DNA from: Hydrolagus colliei
Taxonomy: Eukaryota
Reading direction: 5' to 3'
Length of the DNA stretch: 64,000 nucleotides
NCBI GenBank assembly: GCA_035084275.1
Contig: CM068757.1
Coordinates: 2,542,001-2,606,000 of the forward strand
The notes below the pieces were generated by a model. It saw nothing but the letters and a program-made list of their open reading frames with translations. It searched no databases and was not told where the DNA came from. Both the position numbers and the translations under genes were made by a program. This document shows positions 49,869 through 61,926 of the stretch, in pieces (within the stretch, counting starts at the first letter, position 1; each line of letters begins with the position of its first letter).

Positions 49869-50999
49869 GAGGGAGGTGGGTGGGTGGTGGGGGGGAACAT
49901 AGATAGAGCAGAAGTGATTGGGTGCATTTTAAGACAGGACTGGGTGGGTACATGGTTTATTGGGTGGTATGGAAACCAACCAGCAAGGATTGGGGTGGGT
50001 GAGGGTGGATGGTTTATTCTAAGGAACAAAACAGCTCGACACACACACATACACACACAGAAAAAATGATGGGGCGAATGTCTCACATTCCAACAGTGAA
50101 CTTGGCTGCGAATAGAGGACATCAGTGTCATTGGCTTTAATTTTTTTTTCTCTCCTGTACAATGCCAAGTGTCGGTGCATTAACGACGTTGGAATCATTG
50201 AGGGTTAGAAGCTGGCAAAAACGATTCAAGCAAGAGAATCAATCTGGCCCGTGTATCTATCTATAGAGAGAGAGAGAGTGAAAGAGAGAGAGAGTTATAA
50301 ATAGCCTCCCAAATCTTGGGTGTAAAGTTATTATCCCGTCTCTAAACTTTGAGCTACGGGAAGTAGTTTTTTTTACTAGAAGTTGAGATAAATGCCCCAT
50401 CTATGTTTTACACCTGACACCTACGTATACAGTACTAGCAACCCTCAAGTAAATCGCTTGCACCTCAAGAAAAATTGGTTTATTGGAATAAAATAAACTT
50501 ATCCAACCCCCCCTCCATCACATCCCATCGCATAGAAAAGATTCTCCATTTTCCTTGGCCAATATAATGTGTTTTTACTTTAATTCTCTCCCCCATACCC
50601 ACGTTTTGTGTCAAACGATCGATTGAAACGATGAAGTTTGGACGTTGAAACACACTTTTTTAACTTTAAAGTTTCATATTTTGAATGGGGTGGGGGGGAG
50701 GAATAGTTATTTTCTGCAATTGCAATAAACCGATTTTGGTAAAGTTTGCTGTTAAGATGTTCAACACAGTGTTAACACCTGTTTTGTAACGCTTAGCTGA
50801 AACAATGCTTTAATTGAGAGCAATTAATTTAATACCTGGGACCCATTAGGTCCCTGTATTAATCAGCTAATATGAATCATTCTAAACACGCAAATCCCTT
50901 TTTTTTGGAGGGGGTGTGTGATTATTAGGTGTGTTTGAGTGACAGGTCGCTAACGTTTGCTCATTTTTTTTCTTTTGCTGTTGTGGTTGTAGGTTTAGG

Positions 51000-51220
51000 A
51001 TCTGAATCCGTGTCTAATGATTTATCAAACTCTTATTATCAAGAAAATGGCAGGCGAAAGGCACCTTGGTATTCACTGACGCACACCCAATCTGTACAGG
51101 AACGTATAGAAAACGTTGGCTCTGAGCTGCGTTAAAGCCAGTCTCTAAGTGGCGTTTCCTTCAGTGAGTGTGTGTGTTTTTTTATTCCACCCTCTCTTCA
51201 AATCTATTCCACTGCGAAAC
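51000..51220 (+). promoter_or_regulatory. SLC6A5 core promoter / 5' UTR of exon 1
   Basis: TGATTTAT (51018-51025), CRE-like TGACGCA (51077-51083), CCAAT (51087-51091) and TATAGAAAA (51105-51113) directly upstream of ATG|GTGAGT; resembles the mammalian SLC6A5 leader as I recall it. Confidence 0.7.
51017..51079 (+). other. Candidate upstream ORF (20 aa, MIYQTLIIKKMAGERHLGIH) in the SLC6A5 leader
   Basis: ATG 51017, second in-frame ATG 51047 in strong Kozak context (AAAATGG), TGA 51077-51079; translation is not shown by the sequence. Confidence 0.4.
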
Positions 51221-51223
51221 ATG
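51221..51223 (+). CDS. SLC6A5: SLC6A5 exon 1 coding part (ATG only)
   Basis: gaaacATG|GTGAGT: good Kozak context plus consensus donor; phase 0 joins exon 2 to give MDFTDQK; mammalian GlyT2 also starts with an ATG-only exon. Confidence 0.85.
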
Positions 51224-51466
51224 GTGAGTGATTTTTTTCTCTCTCTCTTTTTCTCTTGTTTTTGTGTATGTGTGTGTATGTGATGGCGAACACACAACGG
51301 AGTCTAAATTTTTGTTGTTATTGGGAGGGGGGAAATAAAAAGTGCTAAAGTTACAATGTTAAATGGTTAGTGGAAAATGTCAGGGTCAATCGTGTATTTT
51401 ATATACAGGTATACATATATATATATATATATTTATATACAGTCTTTCCAGATGCACCTTGAGTGT

Positions 51467-51505
51467 GGAACTGTCCGCGGTACTGGAACTGTCCGCGGTA
51501 CTGAA
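51467..51505 (-). promoter_or_regulatory. Tandem RE1/NRSE-like sites in SLC6A5 intron 1
   Basis: Exact 18-bp repeat GGAACTGTCCGCGGTACT x2 then GAA; minus strand reads TTCAGTACCGCGGACAGTTCC and TCCAGTACCGCGGACAGTTCC. Confidence 0.7.
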
Positions 51506-52145
51506 CCTGAAGTCAAATACTACAGAAAGCCATAGCCACAATACAGTATTTGTCGCATTTATATATAAATGTAAAATAAATCTATACAACGATTTGGAGA
51601 TTTTAAAAACAAAAACGTGGTTTCGTGTTTCAAATAATTATTTCCATCGAAACCCGAATTTGGACAAACTAATGCACTGTATAAAAGACAAGGGTTATTA
51701 ATATTATTATGATTGGAATAATAATAATTATTATTATAAACCTTGATTCATATCGTAAAAGTCTAAAATCATGGCTGAGGCCACTCGTAGTTTGGGAAAC
51801 ACCAATGATCTAGCTAACATTCCTTCGTGAAGTGAGTATTTAATACAGAAACAGCTGTCTCTCTCTATATATATATATATGTACATATATATATACTGTA
51901 TATAAACGTAATTATTTAGAAGTTGCCTACTGCAGCCCTGAGCAGTACAGTACAGAGCAGACTCGGTGTATCTCCCCCCCCCCACACACACACACACATA
52001 AACTAGCGCTGGCAGGAGGCTGAGTGACAGCAAGTAAATGGGGCGTTAAATTAAAGAATCGTAGTGTAATTGTGGAAGAGAGAGAGAGAGCGAGAGGGAA
52101 AGAGAGAGGATCGAGCTTCCCTCAATCCGTGAGCAGAAAGACAAC

Positions 52146-52148
52146 ATG
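52146..52148 (+). other. Candidate alternative ATG-only first exon of SLC6A5
   Basis: gacaacATG|GTATGT, Kozak context plus plausible donor, 381 nt upstream of the exon 2 acceptor, same phase as exon 1. Confidence 0.4.
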
Positions 52149-52529
52149 GTATGTTTGTAATCCTTGCAGATGGCAACGCTTTTTCCATATGATAGAACCC
52201 GGCGGCGGCGTCTGTATTCATTGGGTTTGAGATTTTTTAAAAAAAAAATTAATTGACCAAAAAAATTGTAACCCAAATATATCGGCACAAAGCGACTCCA
52301 AATGGAGAATGTCGTATTATTTATCCTGAAATCGGTCAAACTCCTCCACAGAAGCAAAACCAACAAAAAAAATTAATAATTTCGAGGTCATTTCCTTTCT
52401 TTTTTTCAAAAAAAAAGAAAAGAATCTTGGTTAAAATAAAAAAACACACATTGAGTAAAAAAATGTTGTTTTTCTTCACCCCCCCACCAAAAAAATAATT
52501 TAAAAAAATTATGTTTTGACACTTCACAG

Positions 52530-53057
52530 GATTTCACCGACCAGAAAGCTCTCGCCAAGGAAATTGTCGACAGTCCCCAGGTTTCGAACCCGGCGCAGGC
52601 GATGGTTAGAGCAGAAGATGTTGGTGTCACCAGAAGTAAAGTGGTCAGTGAATCGCACCTACCTTCAGAAGCACAGCGGGCTCCAATGTCCCAGCCTCCC
52701 ACCGCAGAGGAGAAAGGGCTACCTCTCAAAGAAGCCAAGTGTGTTGAGTTTGAGGCAGGCAAAGCTGGGATCTGTAAGACCATCTCCATCCAGCCCAACT
52801 CCTCCGTGCGTCAGGATTCTATAGAAATTGTGCTTCACAAGGATACAGCCACCGAGAGCAATGATCACAACAACGCTGTTTATTGCAAAGTGAATAAGTC
52901 TCCCCCCGGCGCCGAGGCTGAAGCAAATCAGGACTTTGGGAAAATCACTGCCGAGCAAAACAACCGAGCTCAAAGCAGCTGGGTCACAAAAAGCCAGAGT
53001 ACTGTAGTGCTGGGAACAGATGGAAATACCTCTGTACTGCCTGCCGGGGCCAGTGGG
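52530..53057 (+). CDS. SLC6A5: SLC6A5 (GlyT2) exon 2, long cytoplasmic N-terminus
   Basis: tcacag| ... GGG|gtaagt; 528 nt open frame ending SQSTVVLGTDGNTSVLPAGASG, a motif characteristic of GlyT2. Confidence 0.92.
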
Positions 53058-53108
53058 GTAAGTGATTCCAGAAGGCCAATCCTGTAATGAAATTAACCAA
53101 AGTTAAAA

Positions 53109-53332
53109 GTGTATGTGTATGTTCTGTGTGTGTGTGTCTGGTTTTTTTTTAGTGTGTCTGTGTGTGTCTGTATGTTTTTTGTGTGTGTATATTTTGTGGG
53201 TGTGTGTCTGCATGTCTTGTGTGTGTCTGTATGTTTTTTTTTGTGTGTGTGTGTCTATATTTTGCATGTGTGTGTCTCTCTATTCTTTTTTTTGTGTGTA
53301 AGTGTCCATATGTTTATCTGTTTGTGTATGTA
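53109..53332. repeat. Degenerate GT/T-rich low-complexity tract in SLC6A5 intron 2
   Basis: Repeated TTTTGTGTGTGTGTCTGTATG-like units. Confidence 0.9.
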
Positions 53333-53655
53333 TTGGGTTGGAGGGGGTGGTGAGAGGTATGAAAAACTTAACGTAAACACTTTAAAAAAAAAGAAAAATC
53401 CCTAATTCGTGTGTTGAATTTGTATGGAAACTCGCTCTTCAAAGCGGGAGTGAGTATTTGAACACCCACTAGATTGATTCACCATGCTTTTTCCGGAAAA
53501 TTATCTTGGAAAAAAAACAGTTTTAGGAGCTAAATACATATATATATATTAAAAGGATATTATTCTAATTTCTAGATAATAATAATAACTGTATTATTAA
53601 TATCTGATAGTTGAGGGGGTAACACTTAACATTTTGTCTTCTCAATCATCTTTAG

Positions 53656-53880
<225 letters not shown>

Positions 53881-54123
53881 TAATCCCGGGGATGGAGAGT
53901 AGAGGCACTGTTTGTACGTGTATTTTAAAGAGTGGGATAAAGTGATAAACCGATAACATCGGGATCGATTTCCCCCACCAAACCATTTTGTTGGGTATTT
54001 TTTTTGAGTGGGGGAAATGGTAATGCAGAACTTATTCTCCAGCGAGTAAGGGAAGTGAAGTGAAGTGAACAATTCTAAAAAGGCGAATTGCTGAGTCAAG
54101 CTGTTCTCTCTGTCGTTCTCCTC

Positions 54124-54241
54124 CGTTTCGCCCACAAAATACACAGTCAATTCAATTCACAGTAGATTCTATGAAGCTCTTTGACACGTCTAGAAGATGT
54201 GAAAAGCGCTATATCAAACGCAAGGATTCTTCTTCTTATTA
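54124..54241 (+). mobile_element. SINE 3' fragment
   Basis: CGTTTCGCCCACAAAATACACAGTCAATTC ... GATGTGAAAAGCGCTATATCAAACGCAAGG. Confidence 0.85.
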
Positions 54242-54947
54242 TTTTTGAGTTTTCGAATTGAGGATAAAATCGATGGGATTCAAGTAGAACATGTGCCAAG
54301 AAAACTCTTGATGTCCGAAGGTTTATTGTGGGAGATTCAGACCAGATTGGGATTTCAGGGTCTATTGACCAGCCAACCTTGAGGAGGGTGAAACATCTCA
54401 ATCTTCAGCTCCCCTTAGTTCCCAGCTGCCTTCACTGGGTAACTATCATAGTAATCAAAATAATAATACTTCTAACAGTAACTGCAGCCTCTACATTGAA
54501 AGTTATTTCGGTAGTTATTCTGTGACCGGCTTGCAAAGAAGCATTTGGAGTAAATCAGTGAAATAAAACGACACTGGGGTTGATTGGCTGAACGCCTTAA
54601 AAGAATCCATCTTTATACAATTTATACAATTTATTTTAGTGTGTGTGAAGTGTGTGGATGAATCTGCAGGTAACAATACTCTTGTCTTACAGTCGTTTGA
54701 GCAAGTGCACTCGCTCTTAAATTGCCGCCAAACCAATTTAGAGAAATTGTACTTGTATCTTGTATCTTTTTGGATAAACTTATATCCATCTGGTCTTTGG
54801 GAAGCGATGGAACAGATGAGTTGAGTGAATTGAGTTTGTGGAGGAATTAGCTCTTCCTAATCCCTGCGAAACAGATTGAAATAATTGAGAACTACTACAC
54901 ACATTGAATTATTTAATGTACATTCTGCCCAGTAGGTAATCTATGCG

Positions 54948-55268
54948 TAATAATAGCAACCCTTGCATTATGATATAGCGCTTTACCACGTCTTCTAGAC
55001 GTCTCAGAGCGCTTCACGTAATATACTGTAAAGTGAATTGACTGTATATTTGTGGGCGAAACGCGGCAGCCAATTGTGCACAGCCGTGGGTTGAAATGAC
55101 CAATATTATTATTGTGGTTGTGGTTTTTTTTGTGAGGGATTATTGTTAGGCGTGTGTGTGGAGTAAGGAACCTTGCCCAAGGTTTATCGCTGACCTGCCT
55201 GGATTCGAAACACAGGTTCTCGCACGCTGGCAAAGGCGAGTGCTCTAACCACTGGGCTACTGGATTCC
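54948..55268 (-). mobile_element. Near full-length tRNA-derived SINE
   Basis: Head CCAGTAGCCCAGTGGTTAGAGCACTCGCC on minus strand, family body and tail. Confidence 0.92.
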
Positions 55269-56637
55269 TTAAGCCCAGGGAACATTCGTTGTGCAAAAAA
55301 GTAACAGGAATTACTTGCACCAAATTGGACGTACTCAGTGCATTTACGTGTGATTCTCCGCAGAATTAATCCCCGAGATATGCGTACAATACAAGATTAT
55401 TGTATCTCTGTGGATACAAGTCGGGAAAAAAAAAGAAAGTGAGCGATAAATCAAATGTTAAACAAAGAAAAATTGAAGTCGACACATTTCGCCTAAAGGA
55501 ATACACATTGAAGTACTGTGTTGTCGTCTTGAATAATTGATACAAAACTTTCTCTTCATACTTTTATTATTTTTAAATCAAAGTCGGCCCAAACCTGTGT
55601 AAGGAATGGGTTTGTGTGAAATCAGGACACTGTAGATCGAACTCACACGCGTTTTCCTTGAATGTTAGAGTATGATGGAGTGCTTGGCAACCAGGGCATG
55701 CGAATTTCACTCGTTCGGCTTCATAATGAACACATTCGGACTGTAAATTGCTTTGTATCAAGTTACATTGATGGGTTGGCTGAAACATTAAAAGGTGGCG
55801 ATGGAAAGTGTTCTCCGATAAATACGTTGTGGTTTGGAAGCACCAATCTATCGCTGCTATCCGGATATATGAAATCAGGAGTGTCGGCTGTGTGAGAGAG
55901 ACTGGAACCATGGATCAATGTGTATTGTATATAAGCATCAAAACACGCCTCAACTTTCTCTATGACTTTTGTACAGCAGATTTCTGCTGACACCCACTCC
56001 CCCCCACTCGCCCCTGTTCTATTGATTTTTTGTCGGCGTGTGGAATTGCATAGACGATGTGTTATACCTTTGCAGTGAGCGACACAAAACGCTGACTGTT
56101 GGAACCCCCCCCACACCCACCACCAAAAAAAATATTACGCATTGGGACTGAGGCTTGAGAATGAAATGCATCTGGGAACCGAAAAAAAACATCCATTGCA
56201 AGCAAATTTGGTGCAGTTGTTAGATAAGTATCTGTTCTCCCTTCTCTCAGGAGTCTTGGTGACAGAAACAGTCTCATGTTCTACCTATCTCAAGGACACA
56301 CACACACACCACAAAAAAAGGCACGATATTACATTGCAGTACATTATCCATCTGAGGATTATTAGTCATTCAAACTCCATCAGCACATGGACTATTCCAG
56401 TGTAAAGATATCCCGAGGGGTGTGTGGGCAAAGTGCACAATGATACGCCTAGTGCATTTCTGGAAAAGTTGCAAGTCTGCAGTCTGCATATATTGGTTAA
56501 AAAAAACATAAATGCTCAACGCAAAGAAAGTGAGAACTCGGCATAATTCAGTAAAGCGTGGCATTTGTCAGATTTGTTTTGCTAAACGGTATCAGTTGTC
56601 CCATTTTAAACAGAAAGTAATCTTGATATCTTAAACA

Positions 56638-56772
56638 NNNNNNNNNNNNNNNNNNNNNNNNNNNNNNNNNNNNNNNNNNNNNNNNNNNNNNNNNNNNNNN
56701 NNNNNNNNNNNNNNNNNNNNNNNNNNNNNNNNNNNNNNNNNNNNNNNNNNNNNNNNNNNNNNNNNNNNNNNN
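56638..56772. other. Assembly gap (135 N) in SLC6A5 intron 3
   Basis: Run of N flanked on the right by AT-rich low-complexity sequence. Confidence 1.
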
Positions 56773-58831
56773 CGTATATAACATATCATGTATAATATAT
56801 AAGATAATGTATAATATGAAATATAGTGTGTGATATATAAGATGACACGCATAATATATAATGTACGTATATGTTCTATATAATGACATATATTATGTAA
56901 AAAGGAATCTCATGTGTGAATCATATATCGCATGTCATTGACATTACAATTAATATCATAAATTTAAACGTATGATTCTTTTTGTTTCAAAACAAAAAAT
57001 CATGGTTAATTCAATTACTTTGTTGTTTCACTTCTTTTTAACTAGTAATGTTTTATTTCAGGGTTGGGGGTGTGTGGTTTCTCTATTTTGTTTTGTTTTT
57101 AATCGATATCAGCAACTTAGTCCCTTACGGGAGGATTTATGTCCAACACTTATAATATATAATAATAATAACTTTTCTAAAGAGAGCTTCCTATAAGAGC
57201 ATCCATATAGTTCAGGATTTACCATTCTTGTCCAATTCGCTTTAACGCCTGTATTCGGATTATTGTTCGTTACTGTTCGAATTGGGAGAATAATCCGACT
57301 TGGCGATATGTTCATTAGCTGTTCTGTTATCCAACTAATAACATTGTACATATTTAGGTTTATATTGTATTGACTTGACTTTCTGCTCGTCTCGTTTTCC
57401 ACCGTTTTGCTTAAGCAAATTGTCATTTACTTTCTTTTAGTAAAATGTCATTGGTACCTTTAGTAGATTGGGTACCGGTTATGGAATCAATAATTAAGGG
57501 GAGCTGTGTTGTTCGTTAATATCACCAGTGTTACTTCGTTACCAGTTAATAATGGAGCCTTGAATATCTCATATGGAATATATTACTGTCTACATCAAAG
57601 ACACATATTAAAAAATAGTGGATATAACGTTAGTAACGCGTTTTTTAAACCCCCCAATTAAAAACAAGTCCAACAGTTTTTGTGCCATGATTTTATTTAA
57701 ACGATGGAAATTCCCCATGACTCAAAGAATGAAAGTATTCAGGAATTGCAAGTGACTATCGAGAACTTGCCAATTGACACAATGGACACTCATGGCTCTG
57801 ACTGTCTGTCTATCTGGGTGTGTCTCGGTTTGAGCTGTTGACTTGTTCCATGATCCACACAAACCAACAAGAAGGTATTAGTTTTGGAATCAACTCGCAC
57901 AGTCTGACAACTTTGGCAATCATATCCATCAACTACTAATCAGTGTCCCATCACACACAATACAATAGACAGGCAGAATGATGACCAACAGACCAACAAA
58001 CCCTTCACTGATATGAAACGGTACACTAATCATTTGGGTAAGAGTGCTGGAAGGAGTTTTTTTTATCCTTCACAATAGTCTAACCTATTTATGCACCTAT
58101 TTTTTTGGGGGGGGAGGGGAAACAAGAGCAAAGGCATTGAATTTTCAGTGGCTATTAAGCAAAAAAAAAATTGCGACTTTTCTACAAGATACTACTGAGA
58201 AAAGCCCGCATTCTCTGACTTGTTTCCAGTTTCAGTCTTGATAGTTGGCCGAGGTTGGTTGGCTTGGTGTCAGTTGATTTCACCGCAGAGAGAGAAGTGA
58301 GGTCCAGATCAAAAAAAATTGGTGTCTCCCAATTGATGCAGAATGGCCCTGAAGCCATGCAGTTGTGTCTGGCGTGCTTTCCCAGCAAATTCTGTTTGTG
58401 TATATGTGTGTGTGTGTTTTTCTCTCTCTTTACATGCGCTGTTGGTAAACGATATCACATTTTTACGAGTTATCTATGTGTTGGTTTGAGGCAAGCTATA
58501 AATATATATATATATACAGTATATATATATATATATATATTCCACCCCACCCTCTCTCGATTCGGTATAAATTATATGTCGCCCTAATCCGCAGTTTTCA
58601 GGTGTGAAAGTGAAAGTGCAGGCAGTGGTTTTGTTTGGTGCAGAGAGTGAGAGACCCTTATGTAACTAACACGAGAGGAAGCAATGACACCAGTCCCAAT
58701 GCCCTTCACTCCTGAACGAGTTCCTCCGCAGTCGGAGTCAGTCTCAGGATTGGATCAGTGGGAACCTGATCAGTATAAAGTCACACATTTCAGATTATCA
58801 TCAAACATTTGATTCTTTATTTTATATACAG

Positions 58832-58876
<45 letters not shown>

Positions 58877-58890
58877 GTGTATACACACAC
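58832..58890. repeat. (AT)n / (AC)n compound microsatellite
   Basis: Long AT run with GT interruptions followed by ACACACAC. Confidence 0.95.
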
Positions 58891-59482
58891 CTCCCCCCAC
58901 CCCGCAATCTGTACTGCCATTTGTAGTTTGTCCTTGATGCCTCTTCTGAATTCAAATGAAATGCAAATGAATTCATCTTTAAGTATTTTAAAAATACACT
59001 ACACAATTTGTCTGTGTGTGTGTCAGTGTGGCGGGCGGGGGGGGGGGGGGGGGAGGGTTAGGGATAAAGGGTCTGTCATACCTTATTATATTCAGGTAGC
59101 TACCTGCACAGCGATTGAAATAGAATTAATGAGATGCCATGTGTTTAGAACATGTCGGGTGTTCAGCTTGATTGGTTTGGTGCAATCACCATCTTGTGTT
59201 ATCTGGCAATAGGGAAAAGCTGTTCACCTCACACAGCGAAGCAAACACACTGGTCCATATCGAGTGCCATCGTTTAACCAGTGGGTTTGGGGTCACCGCT
59301 GAAACATATTTCGACGTCAATTTGCTCCCCTTTCCTCAGCCAGCAATCTGGCAAACGTTTTAAACGACAATGAGTGTAATTACAATGCGCAATTTGTGCT
59401 GACGTGTGATATGTAAACAGTGCATCTGATTCATAATCCAGTATGTGTGTGTATAGATATATATATTAAATTAAATATACAA

Positions 59483-59587
59483 CATTTCGTCCACAAATAT
59501 ACAGTCAATTCACTTTACAGTGAGTATATGCAGTGAAGCCTGAAGATGTGCTCAGGCGCCTTATCAAATGCAAATATTATTATTATT
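59483..59587 (+). mobile_element. Degenerate SINE 3' fragment
   Basis: TTTCGTCCACAAATATACAGTCAATTCACTTTACAG ... ATCAAATGCAAATATTATT. Confidence 0.75.
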
Positions 59588-60021
59588 CACAACTATTTAT
59601 TTCTGTGTGAAATGTTCTGATATCCTAATTTATGGGATTACAAAAACGGCAAATACAATGTTAGGTTCGCAGTGTTGACAGGTTGTATATATATATATGT
59701 GTGTGTATATGTACATCATATATAATATACAATATAAATAAAGGAAATGTGTGACCGATTTCCATGCGCATTCTTTTATTCGGAGAACGCATTATATTTT
59801 CCCAGAAAACACATAAAGATATCTGGGGACTGTTTAATGGTTTGCAGATTTCAAAAAAATAATAATCACATTATTTCCCTCTCTTGATATGCTTGGCGTT
59901 TTGTTGTTTTCTCACAGGATCTGTTTCGTTTCTACACCTTACTACGGGTTAAGAGAATTAACGTCAACCACACTGCAATCTTAATTATGCGATTACTCAG
60001 TGTTAGGGTTACGAATCTCTC

Positions 60022-60120
60022 TAATCCTTGCATTTGATATAGCGCCTCTCCGCGCCATTCTAAACGTCTCAAAGCGCTTCACAGAATACACTGTAAAGTC
60101 CATTGGCTGTGTGTTTGTGA
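60022..60120 (-). mobile_element. SINE tail fragment
   Basis: TAATCCTTGCATTTGATATAGCGCC...ACGTCTCAAAGCGCTTCACAGAATACACTGTAAAG. Confidence 0.8.
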
Positions 60121-60764
60121 GAGTAGCTGAGGATTTTGACGGACCCAGTTTCTGAAACGATGATTTATGGATTGATTTGGTATTGAAGTGATTCATTTCT
60201 GATCACGTAATTGTAGAACACTGCCTGTATATTCAGGTCGATTAACGTTTAGATGGATTTATTGTCAACTAACATGTGAGAGAGGGAGGGAAGGGGGGTT
60301 TGTGATACTTACCCATGATATAGAGAGATTACCGCTAATCTGTTAATCCCGTTAGTATCATTAGGAACTAGCTCCTGGTTTTCTTTAACCAGCAAACAAT
60401 AATCCGGAATCGAATACAAATCTGATTACAAGAGCTGATTCTTTTTGATCGCTTTTGCTAAAGCCACATTTAGGAAGGGATTCGTATAAATAAATTGCCT
60501 GGAGGCGATGCAGTTCTGTCCAGCACGAGTTTCTGAGCGATTTCTGTCTGTGTGTGTGTGTCTCTCCCTCCCAGTCCTTTTGAAATATATAGTCATTGGA
60601 AAAGCAAATGTACATCATTGATCTATCTGTGGGAGATGAAAAATAGTCCCAGAAAGCAGCAGTCCCCTCCCCCCTCACCTCATACACACATATACACACA
60701 CACATACTATACACTGCTATAGTGTATAATATTATTATTATATATTATTATATTATTAAATTAC

Positions 60765-61123
60765 TATTATTAATAATAATAATCCTTGCATTTGATATAA
60801 CACTTTTCACATCTTCTAGACGTCTCAAAGTGCTTCACTGAATATACTGTAAAGTGGATGACTGTATATATTTGTGGGCGAAACGCAGCAGCCAATTGCG
60901 CACAGCAGCGTCCCCACAAACAGTTGTGGTTTGAAAAATGACCAATTTATTTAATTTTTATTATTTTCGAGGGATTATTATGCGTATGTGTGTGGAGTGC
61001 GCGGGTTTGTGTGTATGTGTGGAGTAAGGAAACTTGAGAAGGTTTCAGCCTGACCTGCCTGGAATGGAACCCAGGTCTCTCGCTTGTAAGGCGAGTGCTC
61101 TTAACACTGAGCTACAGGACTCC
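60765..61123 (-). mobile_element. Full-length tRNA-derived SINE
   Basis: Head GGAGTCCTGTAGCTCAGTG on minus strand, family body, stem-loop tail, (ATT)n. Confidence 0.92.
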
Positions 61124-61431
61124 CAGTGAGTAACAATTTGGAGTGTTCCCCAATGTGATTTTTCTTCCCCCCCCCCCACCTCCAATATACTATTGCTATG
61201 TGTTGTTGCTCACTGTGAGAGGCATTTTCCTCTCTGATGCTGCAATTTTACGCCAATGAAGGTGACCATGGTTAAACTCCTATCCCAACCAACCCACCCA
61301 ACCACCACTTGTGTAGCAATTCTGGACTCCACCATCTCTGCACAGAGAGCTCCCCTCACTGGCGTATTGATGCCAGTGTCATTTTCATATTCTAAGTTCT
61401 GCTGTTTTATTCCCATCATTAAAAACATGGC

Positions 61432-61573
61432 TTCCTGGATAGAGAGATTAAGGGACATGGGGATAAGGTGGGCAGATAGAGTGAGTTTAGGAGATCAGCC
61501 CGTGATGTTATTGAATGGCGGGGCAGGCTTGAGGGGCTGAATGGACTACACCTGTTCCTTATTCTTATGTTCT
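61432..61573 (+). mobile_element. CR1 3' UTR fragment
   Basis: GATCAGCCCGTGATGTTATTGAATGGCGGGGCAGGCTTGAGGGGCTGAATGG ... TTCTTATGTTC. Confidence 0.88.
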
Positions 61574-61926
61574 CACTTTTAAATTATAGTTTTAACAATG
61601 TTCATTTCACATCAAAGTCTTCAGTGGCTTTTGAGAGATATGGATTCCTCTTAAAATCATGAATGATGTGTGTTTTTTTTAAAAAGAAGTACCAGGCATG
61701 TTTCCAGTTTGCCAAATGCTTGCTGTGATTTATCTGAAATACCATATCTGTAAACATATGCCAGTACCACATTCTCAGTTTCACTGTCTAAAGACACACA
61801 AATAAAGAAATATCTGGACAGAAGCGAAAACCATAGCTTGAGACCAGGAAGACAGTTCCTGGTTCCCATTATTTTGCAATAGTTGTTAAGTGCGGGAGAC
61901 TTGAACAAGAGCATCTTTATACTCAT

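Noticed and set aside
53109-53405. Cys/Val-rich ORFs in three frames
   Set aside because: Translation of a degenerate (GT)n tract
56379-56398. RE1-like ATCAGCACATGGACTATTCC
   Set aside because: One base short in the left half/spacer and right half degenerate
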